Positions 49,022 through 54,440 of a stretch of DNA of 54,440 nucleotides are shown here, in pieces. Source of the stretch: Bacteroidota bacterium (GTDB lineage Bacteria; Bacteroidota; Bacteroidia; Bacteroidales; Rikenellaceae); assembly GCA_023413645.1 (NCBI GenBank), contig JAEZPN010000017.1:1-54440 (forward strand), given 5' to 3'. Position numbers and translations under genes: made by a program. A model generated the notes under the pieces. The model was not told where the DNA came from and did not search any database. It was given only the letters and a program-made list of their open reading frames with translations. Each line of letters begins with the position of its first letter. The stretch's first letter is position 1.

Positions 49022-49041
49022 TCACAACAAATCAGTTAAGG

Positions 49042-49072
49042 AGTGCTTGGCGAATTGCCAAGCACTTTTTTT
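49042..49072 (+). terminator. Intrinsic terminator
   Basis: AGTGCTTGGC-GAATT-GCCAAGCACT followed by a T-run. Confidence 0.85.
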
Positions 49073-49208
49073 GTTAAATTACCATTTACGAATCACTCAT
49101 TCATAATTATTTTTTATTATCTTTGTCGGTTGTGTGCACATATACGCAGGCGCATATATACGCGCGCAATGAAAACCCCGATTACAACAAACAAAAACAC
49201 AATAAGTT

Positions 49209-51959
49209 ATGCAGTTAGCAGACAAGTATTCACCCGAATTGATCGAACAGAAGTGGTACGACTTCTGGATTGAGAACAACCTATTCCACTCGGAGCCCGA
49301 TGCTCGCGAGCCCTACACCATCGTTATCCCACCACCCAACGTGACAGGTATGCTCCACATGGGTCACATGCTTAACAACACGTTGCAGGATGTGCTCGTA
49401 CGTCGCGCACGTATGCAGGGCAAGAACGCTTGCTGGGTACCAGGTACTGACCACGCATCTATCGCAACAGAGGCTAAGGTGGTAAAGAAACTTGCAGAGC
49501 AGGGCATCAAGAAGAGCGACCTCACACGCGAGGAGTTCCTCAAGCACGCATGGGAGTGGACAAACGAGCATGGCGGCATCATCCTCAAGCAGTTGCGCAA
49601 GCTCGGCGCTTCGTGCGACTGGGAGCGCACAGCATTCACCATGGATGAGGTTCGCAGCAAGAGTGTGATACGCGTATTCTGCGACCTCTACAACAAAGGT
49701 CTCATCTATCGTGGCTTGCGCATGGTGAACTGGGATCCCAAGGCACAGACTGCACTTAGCAACGAGGAGGTTATCTACCGCGAGGAGAAGAGCAAGCTCT
49801 ACTACTTGAAGTACTACGTAAACGAGGCTGCAGGCAGCACCGATGGCGAGGAGCAGGGCGCTGTAACACTCGGCGCAACCGACCCATTTGATCCTACCGT
49901 AAAGCATCAGATTCTTCATCGCGATGCTGAGGGTCGTCGCTATGCAGTGGTGGCAACAACACGCCCCGAGACAATCATGGGTGACACAGCAATGTGTATC
50001 AACCCCAAGGACCCAAAGAACACATGGCTCAAGGGCAAGAGCGTAATTGTGCCTCTTGTAAACCGCGTTGTACCCATCATCGAGGACCGCTATGTTGAGA
50101 TCGAGTTCGGTACTGGTTGCTTGAAGGTGACTCCAGCACACGATGTTAACGACTATATGCTCGGCAAGACACACAACCTCGAGACTATCGACATCTTCAA
50201 TGCCGATGCTACAATCAGCGAGGCTGCAGGTCTATATGTTGGTATGGACCGTATGGATGTGCGCAAGCAGATTGTGAAGGACCTCGCCGAGGCAGGTCTC
50301 TTGGAGAAGGTCGAGGACTACGACAACAAGGTTGGCTACAGCGAGCGTAACGCCGACACAGCCGTTGAGCCACGCCTCTGTATGCAGTGGTTCTTGCGCA
50401 TGCAGCACTTCGCTGACATCGCCTTGCCTCCAGTAATGAACGATGAGATTAAGTTCCACCCCGCAAAGTACAAGACAACATACAACAACTGGCTCACAAA
50501 CATTCAGGATTGGTGTATCAGCCGCCAGCTCTGGTGGGGTCACCGCATCCCCGCATACTTCCTCCCCACAGGTGAGGGTTGCGAGGAGAAGTTCGTTGTA
50601 GCAGAGAGCCGCGAGGAGGCACTCGCCCTTGCTAAGGCAATCCCTGGCTACGAGAATATCACAGCCGAGGAGTTGCGCCACGATGAGGATGCCCTCGACA
50701 CATGGTTCTCATCATGGTTGTGGCCTATTTCGCTCTTCAATGGTATCCTCGACCCCGAGAACGAGGAGATCAAATACTACTACTCAACCAACGATCTCGT
50801 GACAGGTCCAGATATCATCTTCTTCTGGATTGCACGTATGATCATGGCGGGCTATGAGTGGCGCAACGAGAAGCCCTTCCGCAACGTATACTTCACAGGT
50901 ATCGTGCGTGACAAGCTCGGCCGCAAGATGTCGAAGCAGTTGGGTAACTCACCCGATCCCCTCGACCTTATCGCTAAGTATGGTGCTGATGGTATGCGTG
51001 TGGCTATGCTCATGTCTACATCTGCCGGCAACGACGTCATGTTCGATGAGGCACTCTGCGAGCAGGGCCGTAACTTCTGCAACAAGATTTGGAACGCCTA
51101 CCGCCTCGTAAATATGTGGGAGGTAGATGCAACAATCGCTCAGCCCGAGGCTGCAAAGCAGGCTATCACATGGTTCGACGAGGTTATGATGGAGCGCATC
51201 GCACTTATCAACCATAACATGGAGCAGTATCGTATCTCTGAGGCATTCACAGAGTTGTATCGCCTCTTCTGGGACGACTTCAGCGGCTGGTACCTCGAGA
51301 TGGTGAAGCCCGCTTACCAGTCTCCTATCGACGCTGCAACTATCGCACGCACAAAGTACTACTTCGATATGTTGCTCCGCATGTTGCACCCCTTCATGCC
51401 ATTCGTTACGGAGGAGATCTGGCAGGACCTCAAGCCCGAGGGCGAGGTTAAGTCTATCGTTATCGCACAGCAGCCTAAGGCTGAGCGCGAGGCAAATGCT
51501 GCGATTATCGCACGCTTCGGCTTGGCACAGGAGGTTATCTCGGCTATACGTAACATCCGCAAGCAGAAGAATATCGCACAGAAGGAGGCTTTGGCGTTGA
51601 ACTACATCGCCGACGAAAACTACCCCGCAGAGTTCGAGGCTGTAATCGTTAAGATGGGTAACATCAAGGAGGTAGCGACAGTCGTAGAGAAGGATCCTAC
51701 AGCGGCAGCCTTCATCGTTAAGACTACGCAGTACTTCGTGCCCATGGAGGGTAACATCGACAAGGAGGCAGAGCTCAAGAAGCTTAACGACGACCTCACA
51801 TACTATGAGGGCTTCCTCGCTTCGGTAATGAAGAAGCTCTCGAACGAGCGTTTCGTGTCGTCTGCACCCGAGAAGGTTGTTGCCAACGAGCGCGCTAAGC
51901 AGGCAGATGCCGAGGCTAAGATTGCAGCGCTTAAGGCACAAATCGCTGCTCTACAGTAA
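49209..51959 (+). CDS. valS: Valine--tRNA ligase
   Basis: [46 protein letters not shown] motifs, C-terminal coiled coil; TATCTTTG promoter at 49118-49125. Confidence 0.97.
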   Translation: MQLADKYSPELIEQKWYDFWIENNLFHSEPDAREPYTIVIPPPNVTGMLHMGHMLNNTLQDVLVRRARMQGKNACWVPGTDHASIATEAKVVKKLAEQGIKKSDLTREEFLKHAWEWTNEHGGIILKQLRKLGASCDWERTAFTMDEVRSKSVIRVFCDLYNKGLIYRGLRMVNWDPKAQTALSNEEVIYREEKSKLYYLKYYVNEAAGSTDGEEQGAVTLGATDPFDPTVKHQILHRDAEGRRYAVVATTRPETIMGDTAMCINPKDPKNTWLKGKSVIVPLVNRVVPIIEDRYVEIEFGTGCLKVTPAHDVNDYMLGKTHNLETIDIFNADATISEAAGLYVGMDRMDVRKQIVKDLAEAGLLEKVEDYDNKVGYSERNADTAVEPRLCMQWFLRMQHFADIALPPVMNDEIKFHPAKYKTTYNNWLTNIQDWCISRQLWWGHRIPAYFLPTGEGCEEKFVVAESREEALALAKAIPGYENITAEELRHDEDALDTWFSSWLWPISLFNGILDPENEEIKYYYSTNDLVTGPDIIFFWIARMIMAGYEWRNEKPFRNVYFTGIVRDKLGRKMSKQLGNSPDPLDLIAKYGADGMRVAMLMSTSAGNDVMFDEALCEQGRNFCNKIWNAYRLVNMWEVDATIAQPEAAKQAITWFDEVMMERIALINHNMEQYRISEAFTELYRLFWDDFSGWYLEMVKPAYQSPIDAATIARTKYYFDMLLRMLHPFMPFVTEEIWQDLKPEGEVKSIVIAQQPKAEREANAAIIARFGLAQEVISAIRNIRKQKNIAQKEALALNYIADENYPAEFEAVIVKMGNIKEVATVVEKDPTAAAFIVKTTQYFVPMEGNIDKEAELKKLNDDLTYYEGFLASVMKKLSNERFVSSAPEKVVANERAKQADAEAKIAALKAQIAALQ

Positions 51960-52420
51960 TGGCAGCACCCAACATCACCATATACACCGACGGCTCGGCG
52001 CGAGGTAACCCCGGGCCGGGCGGCTATGGTGTGGTGCTACTATCGGGACCGCACCGCAAGGAGCTTTCGGCAGGCTACCGCCTCACGACGAACAACCGCA
52101 TGGAGCTAATGGCCGTGTGCGTTGCGTTGGAGGCGCTAAAGTACGACGGCTCGAACGTCACGCTCTACTCCGACTCGAAATATGTCATCGAGGCTGTCAA
52201 CCAGCGCTGGGTATTCGGCTGGGAGAAGAAGGGCTTTGCGGGTAAGAAGAACCCCGACCTATGGATGCGCTTCTTGAGGATATACCGCCGCCATAATGTG
52301 CAGTTCATCTGGGTCAAGGGTCACGCCTCGACAGTGGAGAACAACCGTTGTGACGAGTTGGCCGTAGCCGCAGCACTTGGAGGCAACCTCCTCGAAGACA
52401 CGGGCTACGACGGAGAGTAG
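51959..52420 (+). CDS. rnhA: Ribonuclease HI
   Basis: YTDGS..GNPGPGG, TTNNRMEL, SDSKYV, KNPDLW, WVKGH....N.RCD.LA motifs. Confidence 0.96.
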   Translation: MAAPNITIYTDGSARGNPGPGGYGVVLLSGPHRKELSAGYRLTTNNRMELMAVCVALEALKYDGSNVTLYSDSKYVIEAVNQRWVFGWEKKGFAGKKNPDLWMRFLRIYRRHNVQFIWVKGHASTVENNRCDELAVAAALGGNLLEDTGYDGE

Positions 52421-52448
52421 CATTATGTAACGCATAAAAGCATTGACT

Positions 52449-53033
52449 ATGAGTAAACAATCGTGGAAACCAGGAACGCTTATATACCCTCTCCCTGCGG
52501 TGCTTGTAACCACGGGCACCACACCCGAGGAGTATAACATGCTCACCATAGCGTGGACAGGAACAATATGCACCGACCCTCCTATGTGCTATATATCAGT
52601 ACGCAAGGAGCGCCACAGCTACGACATCATACGTCGTACGGGCGAGTTCTGCATAAACCTCACCACAGAGGCTATGGCACACGCAACGGACTGGTGTGGC
52701 GTGCGCTCGGGACGCAACGAGGATAAGTGGAAGGCTACGGGACTCACACCCATGGCCAATCCCCACGTCTCGGCACCCATCATCGCCGAGTCGCCACTCT
52801 CTATCTGCTGCCGCGTACGCGAGGTTAAGGAGCTGGGCTCACACGATATGTTCATCGCCGATGTTGTGGGCGTGGAGGCTGACGACCGCTATATAGACCC
52901 CGAGACAGGCAAATTCTCGCTCGACAAGGCGAGTCCCATCGTCTATTCGCATGGCGAGTACTACAGCCTCGGTAAGCTCATCGGCCACTTCGGCTGGTCG
53001 GTACGCAAAAAGACGACAAAGAGACGTAAATAA
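52449..53033 (+). CDS. Flavin reductase-like (flavoredoxin) protein
   Basis: YPLPAVLV, N..T.AWTG, GEFCINL, CGVRSGR..DK, LGSHDMFI motifs. Confidence 0.88.
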   Translation: MSKQSWKPGTLIYPLPAVLVTTGTTPEEYNMLTIAWTGTICTDPPMCYISVRKERHSYDIIRRTGEFCINLTTEAMAHATDWCGVRSGRNEDKWKATGLTPMANPHVSAPIIAESPLSICCRVREVKELGSHDMFIADVVGVEADDRYIDPETGKFSLDKASPIVYSHGEYYSLGKLIGHFGWSVRKKTTKRRK

Positions 53034-53050
53034 TTAAAACTAAGTATAGT

Positions 53051-53626
53051 ATGGATAGTGTTCAACACGATTTGCTTAACCGCTACGAGGAGGGCCTACG
53101 CAAGACACTCATCGACTTCTTAACAAAGGAGGGCATGATGGATGGCCGCCTCTTAGAGGTCGAGGAGCTCAACGAGAAGTGGAAGACATCTGCACCATCA
53201 TATATGGTTGACGCAGTGCCCGAAATCGCTAAATACCCCCTTGTGGCCATAGCATGGGCTATGTACGAGGGCATGGGCCTTGCCGTATTGTGGGATAAGG
53301 AGTGGAAGCGCTACGAGAGCGTTGAGGACTTCCACAAAATGTTGTGCGAACCCCGCGGCTTCGACTGCATGGATGAGTATGTAACAGAGATATTGCTCTG
53401 CCACCCCTTGGGTAGCGCAGAGGCCGAGAAAATCGAAAACCTCATTCGCTCGGCTGCCGAGCGCGCCTTGTCGCTTATCCGCAAGGAGCAGGTCGAGGCA
53501 CAGAGCGTCATGGCATTCCATGTCTTTGCACGCACCACGAAGGTTATGTTCGAAATGGGCGTATCGGTGCAGCTCAAGCGCATGGGCTACAACTATGTCA
53601 AGGTCAACGCCGAGGTGGTTAACTAA
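53051..53626 (+). CDS. Conserved hypothetical protein
   Basis: 191 aa ORF with typical codon usage in an operon; no recognisable motif. Confidence 0.75.
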   Translation: MDSVQHDLLNRYEEGLRKTLIDFLTKEGMMDGRLLEVEELNEKWKTSAPSYMVDAVPEIAKYPLVAIAWAMYEGMGLAVLWDKEWKRYESVEDFHKMLCEPRGFDCMDEYVTEILLCHPLGSAEAEKIENLIRSAAERALSLIRKEQVEAQSVMAFHVFARTTKVMFEMGVSVQLKRMGYNYVKVNAEVVN

Positions 53627-53647
53627 GCGAGAGACCTAAAACGAAAC

Positions 53648-53682
53648 GAGGGAGGTGAGCACTACGCTTTGCCTCCCTTTTT
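53648..53682 (+). terminator. Intrinsic terminator
   Basis: GGGAGGTGAGC/GCTTTGCCTCCC imperfect stem with a T-run. Confidence 0.6.
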
Positions 53683-53724
53683 ATATTTAGAATCTCATAT
53701 ATCCCGGTGACGGCACTCTTTGTT

Positions 53725-54010
53725 AGCGCCGCAGATTGCAGCTTTTCGTTAGAACTAATTTCTTGTCAAAAGTTGTGAGATGTGGTACTGACATGAAAAA
53801 ACCTCGGATGGGTAGTACTTGGATGTACGTCCCATTCGAGGGTTTGATTGAAGCGCCGCAGATTGCAGCTTTTCGTTAAAACTAATTTCTTGTCAAAAGT
53901 TGTGAGATGTGGTGCTGACATGAAAAAGCCTCGGATGGGTAGTACTTGGATGTACGTCCCATTCGAGGGTTTGATTGAAGCGCCGCAGATTGCAGCTTTT
54001 CACAAGAAAC
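53725..54010 (+). repeat. Head-to-tail tandem of the long-hairpin element: partial E0 (53725-53756), E1 (53757-53883), E2 (53884-54010)
   Basis: Exact 127 bp period (AGCGCCGCAGATTGCAGCTTTTC at 53725, 53852, 53979; AATTTCTTGTC at 53757, 53884); core GGATGGGTAGTAC-TTGGAT-GTACGTCCCATTC. Confidence 0.9.
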
Positions 54011-54043
54011 AAAAAAAGACCGAGGCACTCAACACCTCGGTCT
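54011..54043 (-). terminator. Intrinsic terminator after rplT
   Basis: AGACCGAGG/CCTCGGTCT stem with A7 on plus (U-tail on minus). Confidence 0.75.
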
Positions 54044-54064
54044 CACCTTAATATATAAGGATCA

Positions 54065-54409
54065 CTATTTAACTGCGTTAACGATTGCCTCAAATGCCTT
54101 AGGCTCATTGAGAGCGAGGTCTGCCAAAACCTTACGGTTGAGGGCAATACCCTTCTGGTTCATCTTACCGATGAACTCTGAATAAGTCATACCGTACATG
54201 CGAACTGCAGCGTTGATACGAACGATCCACAATGAACGATAATTTCTCTTCTTCTCACGACGGTGAGTGTATGCAAACTGCAAACCCTTCTCGACAGTAT
54301 TTTTCGCAACTGTCCATACGTTTCCCCTTGAACCAAAGTTACCCTTGGCAAGCTTCAAAACCTTCTTTCTTCTTGCGCGTGACGCAACAGCGTTGACTGA
54401 ACGTGGCAT
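54065..54409 (-). CDS. rplT: 50S ribosomal protein L20
   Basis: [49 protein letters not shown] motifs. Confidence 0.98.
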   Translation of the reverse strand: MPRSVNAVASRARRKKVLKLAKGNFGSRGNVWTVAKNTVEKGLQFAYTHRREKKRNYRSLWIVRINAAVRMYGMTYSEFIGKMNQKGIALNRKVLADLALNEPKAFEAIVNAVK

Positions 54410-54440
54410 AGTTTAAAGTTTTTGATAGAGTTGGTAGCGG

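Noticed and set aside
49281..51941. Long antisense ORFs (297, 149, 330 aa) inside valS
   Set aside because: In-register antisense shadows of a strongly codon-biased gene; Leu/Val/Cys-rich with no domain.
53725..54010. Possible CRISPR array
   Set aside because: The whole 127 bp unit is repeated with no unique spacers, and there are no cas genes; it is a tandem of the hairpin element.
1..54440. Prophage, defence island, integrase/transposase, rRNA or tRNA genes
   Set aside because: No such motifs found; gene content and codon style look uniformly housekeeping.

Overview
A 54.4 kb stretch of mostly housekeeping chromosome from a Bacteroidales bacterium, probably Rikenellaceae/Alistipes-like. 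This assignment is inferred from gene content, the archaeal/eukaryote-type ProRS and the TAnnTTTG promoters. It holds about 45 genes (purC, proS, aroA/aroC, prmC, recX, lptB, recQ, rsmA, serB, lpdA, truA, sodB, ispD, lpxK, ssb, nadE, pepT, miaB, plsY, valS, rnhA, rplT, several peptidases, transporters and lipoproteins). I found no rRNA, tRNA, CRISPR array, integrase or transposase. The strongest unexplained signal is non-coding: a family of 127-129 bp long-hairpin intergenic elements, with 7 full and 5 partial copies at 5 loci. The copies show compensatory base changes in both the terminal and inner stems. At four loci the element terminus overlaps the TAA stop codon of the adjacent gene, and at all five loci it has the same orientation relative to the gene it follows. 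G-T wobbles point to the strand antisense to that gene as the folding strand. Also notable: a second 124 bp ERIC/RPE-like palindrome next to a stop codon, a nested repeat hotspot between prsW and proS, a carboxyltransferase with three tandem biotinyl domains, an in-frame amber codon in recQ, an aminopeptidase ORF running 267 bp antisense into a lipocalin gene, and a truncated TonB-dependent receptor. All calls come from reading motifs by eye; no database searches were run.
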